Assembly (NCBI GenBank): GCA_025963875.1
Contig: JAOPZY010000109.1
Coordinates: forward strand, 1-46,449
Origin: Actinomycetota bacterium
GTDB taxonomy: Bacteria > Actinomycetota > CADDZG01 > JAHWKV01 > JAOPZY01
Direction: 5' to 3'
Length of the DNA stretch: 46,449 nt
The notes under the pieces are model-generated. The model saw only the letters and a program-made list of their open reading frames with translations, was not told the origin of the DNA and searched no databases. Both the position numbers and the translations under genes were made by a program. Below, in pieces: positions 18,875 to 28,429 of this stretch; position 1 is the stretch's first letter; every line of letters starts with the position of its first letter.

Positions 18875-19287
18875 ACACCGCCCTCATCCGACCGCGTGCT
18901 GCCGGGAAGCGCCTCGACCTCGAGTCCTTCGCGGCAGCTGCGGGACTCCATCCGGAATTTGTTCTCCGGCTCGTGAGCCTGGGGCTCATCGAAGCCGGTT
19001 CGGGGTCCGCTCCACAAGGACGCCTTGAGGGGCGTCTGAGCCAGGACCCCGGCCAGGGCCCCGCAACGGGGTCCGGCCCGGGCGCGACCGGCGAGCTGTG
19101 GTTTTCGCCCGCCCAGCTCGCCGTCGCCGCCCGGATCCAGCGGCTGCGCTCCGGCCTGTCGCTCAACTATGCCGCGCTTGGCCTTGTCATCGACCTGCTC
19201 GACCGGGTGAGCGAGCTCGAGTCGGCCCTGAGGAAAGCCCAGAGAGGGGCCCAGAGAGGGGAGAGCGCGTGGACCCGAACCGTCTGA
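18871..19287 (+). CDS. cbpM: Chaperone modulator CbpM-like (MerR-like HTH)
   Basis: ATGA overlap with dnaJ stop; [17 protein letters not shown]...[26 protein letters not shown]. Confidence 0.8.
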   Translation: MNTALIRPRAAGKRLDLESFAAAAGLHPEFVLRLVSLGLIEAGSGSAPQGRLEGRLSQDPGQGPATGSGPGATGELWFSPAQLAVAARIQRLRSGLSLNYAALGLVIDLLDRVSELESALRKAQRGAQRGESAWTRTV

Positions 19288-21956
19288 CGACCAAGTCGCA
19301 GGAGGCGCTGCACGACGCCCAGACCCTGGCAATGGCCCGCGGTCACACCGAGGTCGACGGCGAGCACCTGCTCCTGGCACTGCTCGACCAGCCCGACGGG
19401 CTCGTCCCGCGCCTGCTCGCCGCGGCCGGGGCCGACCCCCCGCGCCTGCACCGCGACCTCGAGGAGGACCTCGCCCGGCGCCCCAGGGTGTCCGGACCGG
19501 GCGCCGCCCCGGGGCAGATCGCCGTCACCCAGCGCCTCTCCCGCCTCCTCGACGCCGCCGAGCGGGAGGCCAAGCGGCTGAAGGACGACTACGTCTCCGT
19601 CGAGCACATCCTGCTGGCGCTGCTGGACGAGGGGTCGGGGACCTCCGCGGGCCGCCGCCTCAAGGAGCAGGGCCTCTCCCGGGACGCCTTCCTGCAGGCC
19701 CTCACGGCCGTGCGCGGCAACCAGCGGGTCACCTCCGCCAGTCCCGAAGGGACCTACGAGGCCCTGGAGAAGTACGGTCGCGACTTGGTGGCCGACGCCC
19801 GCACCGGCAAGCTGGACCCGGTGATCGGGCGCGACGCCGAGATCCGCAGGGTCGTCCAGATCCTCTCCCGTAAGACCAAGAACAACCCCGTGCTCGTCGG
19901 CGACCCGGGTGTCGGCAAGACCGCCATCGTCGAGGGGCTCGCCCAGCGCATCGTGCGCGGCGACGTGCCCGAGGGCCTCAAGGACAGGACGATCTTCGCC
20001 CTGGACATGGGGTCGCTCGTCGCCGGGGCCAAGTACCGCGGCGAGTTCGAGGAACGCCTGAAGGCAGTCCTCAACGAGGTCCGGGGCGCCGAGGGGCGGA
20101 TCCTGCTCTTCATCGACGAGATCCACACCGTCGTGGGGGCCGGGGCGGCCGAGGGGGCGATGGACGCCGGCAACATGCTCAAGCCGATGCTGGCCCGTGG
20201 CGAGCTCCACATGATCGGCGCCACGACCCTCGACGAGTACCGGAAGCGCATCGAGAAGGACGCCGCCCTGGAGCGCCGCTTCCAGCCCGTCATGGTGGAC
20301 GAGCCCTCCGTCGAGGACGCCATCTCGATTCTCCGGGGCCTGCGGGAACGCCTCGAGGTCTTCCACGGTGTCGCGATCCAGGACGGTGCCCTCGTGGCGG
20401 CGGTCATCCTCTCGCACCGCTACATCTCCGATCGCTTCCTTCCCGACAAGGCCATCGACCTCGTCGACGAGGCGTGCGCAATGATCCGAACCGAGATCGA
20501 CTCGATGCCCGCCGAGCTCGACGAGCTCACCCGTCGGGTCATGCGCCTCGAGATCGAGGAGCGGGCGCTCGCCAAGGAGAAGGACCCCGCCAGCAAGGCC
20601 CGCCTCGAAGAGCTGCGCAAGGAGCTGGCCGACCTGCGGGCCGAGATGGGTGCCATGCGGGCGCAGTGGGAGGCCGAGCGCCAGGCGCTCCGCAAGGTGC
20701 AGGCCCTGCGGGAGGAGATCGAGCGCGTGCGCCAGGAGGCCGAGGAGGCCGAGCGCAACTACGACCTGAACCGGGCGGCCGAGCTGCGCCACGGCAAGCT
20801 CCCGGAGCTGGAGCGGCGACTGAAGGCCGAGGAGGCCCAGCACCTCGCCAAGCAGGGAGACCGCCGGCTACTGCGGGAGGTCGTCACCGAGGACGAGATC
20901 GCGCTGATCGTGTCGCGCTGGACCGGCATCCCGATCACCCGCCTCAAGGAGGGTGAGCGGGAGAAGCTGCTGCGCCTCGACGAGATCCTGCACGAGCGGA
21001 TCGTCGGCCAGGACGAGGCGGTGCGCCTCGTGGCGGACGCCGTCATCCGTGCCCGCTCCGGCATCAAGGATCCACGCCGGCCCATCGGGTCGTTCATCTT
21101 CCTCGGCCCCACCGGGGTCGGCAAGACCGAGCTGGCCAAGACGCTGGCGATGGCCCTGTTCGACTCCGAGGACTCCATGGTGCGCATCGACATGAGCGAG
21201 TACCAGGAGCGCCACACCGTCAGCCGGCTCGTCGGCGCCCCTCCCGGCTACATCGGCTACGAGGAGGGCGGCCAGCTGACCGAGGCGGTGCGGCGCAAGC
21301 CCTATTCGGTCGTGCTCTTCGACGAGGTGGAGAAGGCGCATCCGGACGTCTTCAACACGCTCCTGCAGGTGCTCGACGACGGGCGCCTCACCGACGCCCA
21401 GGGCAGGACCGTCGACTTCCGCAACACCGTGATCATCATGACGAGCAACGTCGGCTCGGAGTACCTCATCGACGGCGTGACGCCCCAGGGCGAGATCCGG
21501 GAGGACGCCAGGGCACGGGTGATGGCCGAGCTGCGCGGCCACTTCCGCCCGGAGTTCCTCAACCGCGTCGACGAGATCGTGCTCTTCAAGGCCCTCACGC
21601 TGCCGGAGATCGAGCACATCGTCGAGCTCATGTTCGGCGAGCTGCGAGCCCGCCTCGCCGACCGCCGGTTGAAGCTCGAGGTCACCGACCAGGCCCGCAG
21701 GTTCATCGCCCGGGAGGGCTACGACCCGGTGTACGGCGCTCGCCCGCTCCGCCGGTTCATCTCCCGGGAGGTCGAGACCCGCATCGGCCGGGCGCTCCTG
21801 GGCGGCGATGTCCACGACGGTGCGGTCATCGAGATCGACGTCGTCGGCGGCGAGCTGGTCGTCACCTATTCCAACCCCGAGCCGGCGCCAGCCGGCGAAG
21901 GTGCAGAAGCGGCGCAGGAGGAGGAGGCCGGCGACACCGAGTCGGCCACGGTCTAG
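19269..21956 (+). CDS. clpB: ATP-dependent disaggregase ClpB
   Basis: GTG start, [13 protein letters not shown]; two Walker A motifs ([16 protein letters not shown]); coiled-coil M domain; YGARPL. Confidence 0.97.
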   Translation: MDPNRLTTKSQEALHDAQTLAMARGHTEVDGEHLLLALLDQPDGLVPRLLAAAGADPPRLHRDLEEDLARRPRVSGPGAAPGQIAVTQRLSRLLDAAEREAKRLKDDYVSVEHILLALLDEGSGTSAGRRLKEQGLSRDAFLQALTAVRGNQRVTSASPEGTYEALEKYGRDLVADARTGKLDPVIGRDAEIRRVVQILSRKTKNNPVLVGDPGVGKTAIVEGLAQRIVRGDVPEGLKDRTIFALDMGSLVAGAKYRGEFEERLKAVLNEVRGAEGRILLFIDEIHTVVGAGAAEGAMDAGNMLKPMLARGELHMIGATTLDEYRKRIEKDAALERRFQPVMVDEPSVEDAISILRGLRERLEVFHGVAIQDGALVAAVILSHRYISDRFLPDKAIDLVDEACAMIRTEIDSMPAELDELTRRVMRLEIEERALAKEKDPASKARLEELRKELADLRAEMGAMRAQWEAERQALRKVQALREEIERVRQEAEEAERNYDLNRAAELRHGKLPELERRLKAEEAQHLAKQGDRRLLREVVTEDEIALIVSRWTGIPITRLKEGEREKLLRLDEILHERIVGQDEAVRLVADAVIRARSGIKDPRRPIGSFIFLGPTGVGKTELAKTLAMALFDSEDSMVRIDMSEYQERHTVSRLVGAPPGYIGYEEGGQLTEAVRRKPYSVVLFDEVEKAHPDVFNTLLQVLDDGRLTDAQGRTVDFRNTVIIMTSNVGSEYLIDGVTPQGEIREDARARVMAELRGHFRPEFLNRVDEIVLFKALTLPEIEHIVELMFGELRARLADRRLKLEVTDQARRFIAREGYDPVYGARPLRRFISREVETRIGRALLGGDVHDGAVIEIDVVGGELVVTYSNPEPAPAGEGAEAAQEEEAGDTESATV

Positions 21957-21987
21957 TCAGGCACGTCCGATTGAGAGGGAGGTCACC

Positions 21988-22566
21988 ATGATGGGTCAAA
22001 TGGCAGTGGGAGATTGGCGGTGGATTGCACTCCGGGCAGTTGCGGCGTTCATTTTCGGCATCCTGGCGCTGGTGCTTCCGGGGCTGACGCTGGCGACGCT
22101 GGTGCTCATCTTCGGGGCCTTCGCCCTCGTCGACGGTCTCTTCACCCTGGGCCATGCCGTCACCAGGGGCAGGGGAAGCGGGTGGGGTGCGGTCTGGATG
22201 GGCTTGATGGGGCTCGCCGGGATCGGCGCCGGGATCGTGACCTTCTTCTGGCCGGGCATCACGGCCCTCGCCCTCCTCTACGTGATCGCCGCGTGGGCGC
22301 TCGTGACGGGGGTCTTCGAGATTGCCGCCGCCATCACCTTCCGCAAGGTGCTGAACCACGAGTGGCTCCTCGTCGTCGATGGCGTCTTGTCGCTCATCGT
22401 GGCGGGGATCCTGGTCTTCGCCCCGGTCACGGGGGCGCTCGCCATCACCTGGGCGATCGGCTTCTACGCCCTGTTCAGCTCCGGCGTGCTCGCAGCTCAG
22501 GCCTGGCGGCTTCGCAAGGTGGGCTCCCGCGGTCCTGCAGGGGGCTGGGCGCCGGCCGGTGCATAA
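21988..22566 (+). CDS. HdeD/DUF308 family membrane protein
   Basis: WRWIALRAVAAFIFGILALVLPG...WPGITALALLYVIAAWA; about 6 TM; RBS GGAGG. Confidence 0.88.
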   Translation: MMGQMAVGDWRWIALRAVAAFIFGILALVLPGLTLATLVLIFGAFALVDGLFTLGHAVTRGRGSGWGAVWMGLMGLAGIGAGIVTFFWPGITALALLYVIAAWALVTGVFEIAAAITFRKVLNHEWLLVVDGVLSLIVAGILVFAPVTGALAITWAIGFYALFSSGVLAAQAWRLRKVGSRGPAGGWAPAGA

Positions 22567-22593
22567 CCGGTACATCGAGTGAGAGGAGGGGAT

Positions 22594-23037
22594 ATGCCCG
22601 GGGCAGCGACGGTCGTGCGGTGCGAGAGATGCGGAACAAAAAACCGCGTGCCCGCCGCGGCCCCGGGTGTGCCCCGGTGCGCGAAATGCAAGGCTCCCCT
22701 GCCCTGGGTCGTCGAGGCAAACGACGAGAACTTCACCACCGTCGTCGAAGAATCGACGATCCCCGTCCTGGTCGACCTGTGGGCACCCTGGTGCGGTCCG
22801 TGCCGGAGGGTGAGCCCGGCCCTCGAGGAGCTGGCCCGCCGCTACGCCGGCTCGGTGAAGCTGGCGAAGGTCAACGTCGACACCTCGCCCCGCGTCTCGC
22901 AACGCTTCGGCGTCCAGGGCATCCCGACCATGCTCGTGATGAAGGGCAACGAGATCCTGGCCCGCCAGACGGGGGCCGCCCCCGAGCCGGTGCTCCGGGA
23001 CTGGCTGGCCAAGGTCCTGCAGCTCCCCGCCGCCTGA
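22594..23037 (+). CDS. trxC: Thioredoxin 2 type (N-terminal Zn finger plus WCGPC)
   Basis: CERCGTKNRVP...CAKC and WAPWCGPC; RBS GAGGAGG. Confidence 0.9.
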   Translation: MPGAATVVRCERCGTKNRVPAAAPGVPRCAKCKAPLPWVVEANDENFTTVVEESTIPVLVDLWAPWCGPCRRVSPALEELARRYAGSVKLAKVNVDTSPRVSQRFGVQGIPTMLVMKGNEILARQTGAAPEPVLRDWLAKVLQLPAA

Positions 23038-23048
23038 GGGCCGGTCGG

Positions 23049-23972
23049 CTACGCCCGCCGGCGGACGTGACGCTCGCGGGCCTGGAAGATCTCGGCCAGC
23101 AGTTCGTCTGGGTGGTTCCGTACTCTGTCCTTTGTCGCATGAATGACCGCCAGCCCTTGCGCGGTGACGCCGTTGCGCCGCGCAAGGTCGTGCTCCCAGT
23201 CGAGCTTGGATGAGTGAGTAGCCCGGCCGTCGGCCTCGACGACCACCGGTGCATCGTCGATCAGGAAGTCCACGCGGGCCACGAAGTTGCCTTCGGAGTC
23301 AGTGACGACGAACTCCTCGACGAAGGTCAATCCGGCACGGGTAAGCAACGCGCGCACCTCCGCCTGAAAACGAGAGGCCGACGGCTGGTAATCCGGGTCT
23401 CGCTCCTCCAGGAGTCGCCGCAGCACCCCGACGCCCCTGCGGCCCGGCCCAGCCTCCAGGCGCACCATCCGCCAAAGCGCCTCCATAGAGACGAGCCCCT
23501 TCCGAAGGGCCTCGTCGAGGAGTTGATTGGCCCGCTCCTGGTCGAGCACGAAGACAAGGTCCCGCACGGTACGGAAGGCGTTTGTGACCGGGATGCCGAG
23601 CTTCCGGGTAGCGAACACGGGCGCCACCTCTGCCCGGTACAGGCGGAACCGCCCCGGAAAGCACTTCTGCTTTGGGGATGTGATCTCAAGCGGGCCGTTG
23701 TTCTCCCCGCGGAACCCTTCGAAGGACCAGAGCGCAGCGGCGGATCGGTGCGAGGCGACAGCTGCGTCGCCACCCCACAGGCAGGCAGCCATAAGCGATT
23801 GGTTCCAGTGCTCCGCGGTGCCTCCCACGCGATAAACGCGTGGGAGGACTTCGATGAGCAACTCCTCCTTGATAAGCCGCCAGATTGCATCATCTGAAAG
23901 GCCGGCCAACCGCAACTGATCCCGCCCCACGGCTCCCCATTGACGGGAGGCGACCTCCCTCCAACGCTCCAT
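23049..23972 (-). CDS. AbiEi-like N-terminal domain plus DUF559/Vsr-like nuclease domain protein
   Basis: ASRQWGAV.R.QL...GLS, SHRSAAALW, IPVT...RT..DL, ARVDF, VEADG..H, D..R.N. Confidence 0.8.
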   Translation of the reverse strand: MERWREVASRQWGAVGRDQLRLAGLSDDAIWRLIKEELLIEVLPRVYRVGGTAEHWNQSLMAACLWGGDAAVASHRSAAALWSFEGFRGENNGPLEITSPKQKCFPGRFRLYRAEVAPVFATRKLGIPVTNAFRTVRDLVFVLDQERANQLLDEALRKGLVSMEALWRMVRLEAGPGRRGVGVLRRLLEERDPDYQPSASRFQAEVRALLTRAGLTFVEEFVVTDSEGNFVARVDFLIDDAPVVVEADGRATHSSKLDWEHDLARRNGVTAQGLAVIHATKDRVRNHPDELLAEIFQARERHVRRRA

Positions 23973-23978
23973 AGCGTC

Positions 23979-24033
23979 ATTCTAAACGTCTCTGCTGCTT
24001 TTACCGCGTATAGCGCGGTAAAAGCATCACAGA
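23979..24033 (-). promoter_or_regulatory. Leaderless -10 element with a perfect palindrome over the -35 region
   Basis: TAGAAT 6 nt before ATG 23972; TGCTTTTACCGCG-TATAG-CGCGGTAAAAGCA at 23996-24026. Confidence 0.6.
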
Positions 24034-24039
24034 CCTTGG

Positions 24040-24071
24040 AGAAAGGGCCGCCGGCATCGCCGGCGGCCCCT
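24040..24071 (-). terminator. Intrinsic terminator of the large secreted-protein gene
   Basis: 11-bp stem GGGCCGCCGGC/GCCGGCGGCCC, then TTTCT on the minus strand. Confidence 0.75.
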
Positions 24072-24094
24072 GTTCGGGTCCTAGGACCGGTCGG

Positions 24095-26563
24095 TTACGA
24101 GACCGGGTGCGCTGCCAGGGCGTTGGCGAGGGCGAGGACCAGCTGGCTCGCCGCGGTCAGTCCCGCCACGTACCCGCTGTTGGCGGGGGTGCCGTGGGCC
24201 GCCTGGTCCAGCTCCGCCTTGACGCCAGTGGCGACGATGTCGCGCAGGTTGGCGAGGTCCTCCAGGCCCTTCACGAATGCCTGGTACGTGGCGTCGTCCG
24301 AGGAGGTGCCGGAGCGGATCGCCGCCGTGTCGGCGATCAGGGTGTCGGTGCCGAACTGGCCCACGCTGGAGTTGAGCTGCTTGTAGAGCTGGGCCAGCTG
24401 CAGCTGTGCTGCGCTGCCGAGGCTGCCGCTCGGGACGGCGAGGTCCTCTGCCAGCACCCGCCCGTCCGTCGGGTAGTCGTCACGCAGTCCCAGCAGCGAA
24501 AGCATCGTCGGGCGGATGTCCGTGTGGTCGGCCCACGTCCCGGGGTTCGGGGTTCCCGGGATCGTCCCCTGGCCGCTGTTGGGACCCGCCGAGCTCGGGC
24601 CGTCCGCGGCGCCGGACCCGTCCAGCCCCTTGCGGGCGACGCCGGCCCCGGCGAGGCCCAGCCAGGTGGTGTTGATCTCGGGAGCGTAGTCACCGTGGTT
24701 CCAGGCGAAGCTCGGGTTGATCGTCACGCAGGGGTTGCCGGTCGCGGTCTGGCCGGAGGGTGGGGTTGCCGGGCAGGTGGTGGACCCTGCGCTCAGGAAG
24801 TGGTCCGGTTTGGCGAAGAGCGAGAAAGTCGGGGTGCGGTTGGGGTCGGCATCCACGAAGTGCAGGATCCGCTCCGCCACCGGGTCGGCGAGGTAGTTGG
24901 CGACCGGCTGGCCGGTCCCCGAGACGTTGGACGCGCCCGACGTGTAGGGATTGTTGGCCTTCAGGCTCGCCACGTCGCGCTCGAGTTGGCGGGTGATTGG
25001 GTCGGTGGCCCCCGGCTGGCCGTTCACGTAGAACTGGGGCGCCGAGTCGTTCTCGAGGGCGAAGGGCGTGGTCTTGCCCGTCTCGGTTGCGAGCAGGCCG
25101 GTCAGGTTGGTGTTCAGCTCACCCAGCGTCCCGGCGGGGTAGCTGCAGGTGTAGCTCGTGGTCCCGGGCGTCCCGGTGCAGGCGGGCGTGATGGCCCGTC
25201 CGACGTTGGCGCCGGGGAAGTGGTCCCCCTCGTCGGCGGTGAAGACGAACAGCGTGTTGGCGGGTGTGATCCCGTCTGCGGCGAGGCGGTTGAAGAACGT
25301 CTGGAACGCGGCGTCGTAGTACGCGGCGTTCGCCTCGTAACAGGGGTCGGCCGGGCCGAGCGCGCCGCTCTTGGCGGTGAGGCAGGGGCCGCCGACGATA
25401 CTCCGGTTGTTGTTGGCATGCAGGTCGGCGATGTACCCATAGGTGACCTGCACGCCCGACTCCTGCATGTCCGCCATGTAGGCAAGGGTCTGGGGGGCGC
25501 TGATCGGCCCGAAGCCCGGGAACCCGGGGGTGTGGAGGAACTGGCCGTCGATCTCACGGCCGGTGAGGTCGACAAGGTTGCCGGCGGCGTTCGTGATCTG
25601 GTAGCCGTTGCGGACGAGGTTGGGGGTGCCGGCGCCGACGACCGGGGCGACGTAGCGGTGCCCGTGGACAGTCTGGAAGCCGTTGTAGCCACCGGGCTCG
25701 TCCGGAAGCCGGTCGGCGACCGCCGTCGGCGACGGCGAGGTCTGCCCGTACTTGACCGCCTGAGCGTTGGCGCAGGTCGCCGCGGCGGCTCCGGTGCCGC
25801 AGTGGATCGAGACGCCGATGTAGTCGTTGGTCTCCTGGTCCTTGAACGTGTCGGTCACGTCTGCTGCGAGCTGGGTAGCCTCGGGCGAGGTCGGGCCGAA
25901 GACCTGGGGGATGTCGCCGGTGTTCTCCAGCACCATATTGGCGGTGGATGTGTCCCCGACGTTGCAGCCGGCCCGGGTGAAGGGCACCCACGGCGCGGGC
26001 GTGGCGGCAGCGACGCCCGTGGCCGTGCTCGTCACAGCCTTGGCCGGCACCCGCGCCGAGTAGATCATCGACGGGTTGTGGTCCGTCGTGCTTGGCGTCG
26101 CCGTGGCGTCGTCGATGACCGGGTTGGTCCAGTAGACGAAGGAGCCGGCGAGGTTCGCGGTGCCGCTCGGCGTGAAGTAGCGGTACGAGTTGCTGATGCC
26201 CATCCCGTGCCGGTCGCCGTAGAGGCCGGTGTAGTTGGTGAGGCTGTCGTTGGCGGTGTGGGCGATCAGCGGCGTGTGGTTGTTGGACAGCATGGTGCCG
26301 TTGTTCTCGATGAAGTTGAGGAGATGCGGCATCTGCTCGAGGTCCGAGGGGACGTTGGGGTTGTCCCGGAAGAAGTGGACGTTGTCGAACGTGATCTGCA
26401 CCACGTGCTGGGCGCCGTTACCGAGCGAGCACGTCGTCGAGGCGGCCGTCGTCGAGGCGGTCACCGCATTGGCCAGCGGATATCCGGTTGCCGTCGCCAA
26501 CGTCGCGACCGCCAAGACCGTGCTGAGCCAACGTGTCTCTGACCGGAACCAGCGTCTGTGCAT
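24095..26563 (-). CDS. Large secreted protein, probable alkaline-phosphatase-superfamily fold (822 aa)
   Basis: Signal peptide MHRRWF...LANA; putative metal motifs ITFDN, HTAN, YIADLH, FTADEGDH, WNHGD, DIRPTM; RBS AGGAGG. Confidence 0.65.
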   Translation of the reverse strand: MHRRWFRSETRWLSTVLAVATLATATGYPLANAVTASTTAASTTCSLGNGAQHVVQITFDNVHFFRDNPNVPSDLEQMPHLLNFIENNGTMLSNNHTPLIAHTANDSLTNYTGLYGDRHGMGISNSYRYFTPSGTANLAGSFVYWTNPVIDDATATPSTTDHNPSMIYSARVPAKAVTSTATGVAAATPAPWVPFTRAGCNVGDTSTANMVLENTGDIPQVFGPTSPEATQLAADVTDTFKDQETNDYIGVSIHCGTGAAAATCANAQAVKYGQTSPSPTAVADRLPDEPGGYNGFQTVHGHRYVAPVVGAGTPNLVRNGYQITNAAGNLVDLTGREIDGQFLHTPGFPGFGPISAPQTLAYMADMQESGVQVTYGYIADLHANNNRSIVGGPCLTAKSGALGPADPCYEANAAYYDAAFQTFFNRLAADGITPANTLFVFTADEGDHFPGANVGRAITPACTGTPGTTSYTCSYPAGTLGELNTNLTGLLATETGKTTPFALENDSAPQFYVNGQPGATDPITRQLERDVASLKANNPYTSGASNVSGTGQPVANYLADPVAERILHFVDADPNRTPTFSLFAKPDHFLSAGSTTCPATPPSGQTATGNPCVTINPSFAWNHGDYAPEINTTWLGLAGAGVARKGLDGSGAADGPSSAGPNSGQGTIPGTPNPGTWADHTDIRPTMLSLLGLRDDYPTDGRVLAEDLAVPSGSLGSAAQLQLAQLYKQLNSSVGQFGTDTLIADTAAIRSGTSSDDATYQAFVKGLEDLANLRDIVATGVKAELDQAAHGTPANSGYVAGLTAASQLVLALANALAAHPVS

Positions 26564-26681
26564 GTGTCCCTCCTGGTCGGGTTGGGCCCTGGTGTGCAGA
26601 ACCAACGGGAGGGTAGTCGGGAGATCTGACGTTTCTGGGACGCCAAGGGGAACGGGACGTGAATTCGGAGAAGGCTGCCCA

Positions 26682-27530
26682 TCACCGTTCGCGCTGCGGC
26701 CTGAGCTCCGCCCCCAGAGCCGCGAGCAGGTAGAAACCCGCAGCGATCGCGATGACGGCGAAGCTCGGCGGGAGTTTCGGGGCCGCATAGCTGAGCGCCA
26801 GTCCCGCCCACATCGCCCCGAGGGCGAGGACCGCCGAGAGCCACATCGCCCGGAAGGGGCGCGTCGTCAGGCGCTGGGCGGCTCCCGCCGGGGCCGCGAC
26901 CAGGCCCAGCAGGAGCAGGGCGCCCACCACCTGCGTCGCCTCGGCGGCGGTCACGCCGGCCAGCGCGAGGAACCCGAGCCCCAGGGCGGTCACCGGTAGT
27001 CCACGGGAGCGGGCGACCTCCTCGTCGATCGTGGCGAACAGCAGGGGCCGTGCGATCAGGAGGAGCAGCCCCACGGTGGCGGCGCTGATGCCGGCCGCCG
27101 CAAGGGCGTGGCTGCGGCTCAGGCCGAAGACCGACCCGAAGAGCACCGTCACGCCCGCCGTGCTGTTGGACGTCGACCGGGATCTCGTGTAGAGCGTGAG
27201 GAACAGCACCCCGAGCCCGAGGATCCAGGCGAAGACGCTGCCGATGACCACGTCGTCCGGCCTGCCTCTGGGGCCGAGCAACCCCATGCCGAGCGCGACG
27301 GCCACCGTGGCCACGAACAGCCCCAGGCGGGCGTCGACCCCGAAGGCCAGGGCCGCCATGGCGCCCGCCACCGCGACGTGGGAGAGGGCGTCGGCCGTGA
27401 AGACCTGCGACCTGAGCACGAGGAAGTAGCCAGCCAGCCCGGCCGCGACCGCCACGGCGGAGCCCGCCACGAAGGCGTAGCGGACGAAGGGGTGCCCCAG
27501 CATGTGGGCGATGCCCGCCAGGGGGTTCAC
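26682..27530 (-). CDS. Metal (Zn/Mn) ABC transporter permease 2
   Basis: DALSHVA, LFGSV, D.EVA..RG, VVGALL; ZnuB/ABC-3 pattern. Confidence 0.9.
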   Translation of the reverse strand: MNPLAGIAHMLGHPFVRYAFVAGSAVAVAAGLAGYFLVLRSQVFTADALSHVAVAGAMAALAFGVDARLGLFVATVAVALGMGLLGPRGRPDDVVIGSVFAWILGLGVLFLTLYTRSRSTSNSTAGVTVLFGSVFGLSRSHALAAAGISAATVGLLLLIARPLLFATIDEEVARSRGLPVTALGLGFLALAGVTAAEATQVVGALLLLGLVAAPAGAAQRLTTRPFRAMWLSAVLALGAMWAGLALSYAAPKLPPSFAVIAIAAGFYLLAALGAELRPQRER

Positions 27531-28429
27531 GCCTGCCTCCCTCCCGCCCGGTGCGTGGCGATCTGGGCGAGGGTGTAGGCGGCGAACCCGAACGTGGTGA
27601 CGAAGAACCCGATCGGATAGGAGGAGTAGTAGGCGGCGGCCAGGCCGAGCCAGGTCACGGCAACGGCGATGACCACGCTGAGGGCGATGCTCGCCGCCGG
27701 ACGGGCCGTGAGCCGCTGGGCGGTGGCCGCCGGGATGACGAGCAGGGCGAAGACCAGCAGCGACCCCGTGATCTGGCTCGCCTCCGCCGCGGCGAACCCC
27801 AGCAGCAGCAGGAAGGCCACGCCGAGGGCGACGACCGGTACGCCACGGGCTTCGGCCACGTCGGGGTCCACCGAGGCGAAGAGGAGTTGCCGCCCACCGA
27901 TGGCGAGGGCCAGCACGATGACTGCGGCCACAGCGACGAGGACCCCCACCTGCGCATCGGTGATCCCGAGGAACGTGCCGAAGAGCAGGGCGTTGATGCC
28001 GTTGAGGAAGCCGTGGTAGAGGCTGACGAACAGGAAACCGAGCGCAAGGGCAACGGCCTGGACGGTGCCGATCGCCGCCGACTCCTCGCTGAAACCGGCG
28101 CCCTGGGTGCCCGCCCGGGCTCTGGGGACGGCGGCGATGATGGCGGCCCCCGCACCGCAGAAGGCGAAGAACCCCCAGGCCGGGTTCAGCCCCACCAGGG
28201 TGGCACCGGCGGCCCCGGGGAAGCCCGCCACCGCGAGCGTGTGACCGGCGAAGCTTTGCGCCCGCAGCACCATGAACCAGCCGAGGAGTCCGGCCGCGAC
28301 CGCCACGACTGTGCCCGCCCGGAAGGCGTTGACCATGAAGTGGAACTCGAAGAGCTGGCGCAGGTCCTGGACGAGGTTCCAGTTCAGCCCAACCCCGGGC
28401 CCCTGTGCCGCCCAGTGGGCGGGGATCAA
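27527..28429 (-). CDS. Metal (Zn/Mn) ABC transporter permease 1
   Basis: FAGHTL, LLFGTFLGI, DPDVAEARG, ITGSLLVFALL. Confidence 0.9.
   Translation of the reverse strand: MIPAHWAAQGPGVGLNWNLVQDLRQLFEFHFMVNAFRAGTVVAVAAGLLGWFMVLRAQSFAGHTLAVAGFPGAAGATLVGLNPAWGFFAFCGAGAAIIAAVPRARAGTQGAGFSEESAAIGTVQAVALALGFLFVSLYHGFLNGINALLFGTFLGITDAQVGVLVAVAAVIVLALAIGGRQLLFASVDPDVAEARGVPVVALGVAFLLLLGFAAAEASQITGSLLVFALLVIPAATAQRLTARPAASIALSVVIAVAVTWLGLAAAYYSSYPIGFFVTTFGFAAYTLAQIATHRAGGRQA

Noticed and set aside
19098..19268. N-terminal extensions in the ORF track (clpB, dnaK, fdhD, zur, hdeD, acyl-CoA dehydrogenase and others)
   Set aside because: Extensions overlap upstream genes or lack an RBS; downstream starts have an RBS or -10 element and match family N-termini.
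18871..19287. Calling this gene hspR
   Set aside because: Lacks the HspR HPQTLRxYDR signature; pattern and position after a Zn-finger-less DnaJ fit CbpM.
23049..23972. Complete type IV toxin-antitoxin (AbiE) system
   Set aside because: No nucleotidyltransferase toxin gene adjacent.
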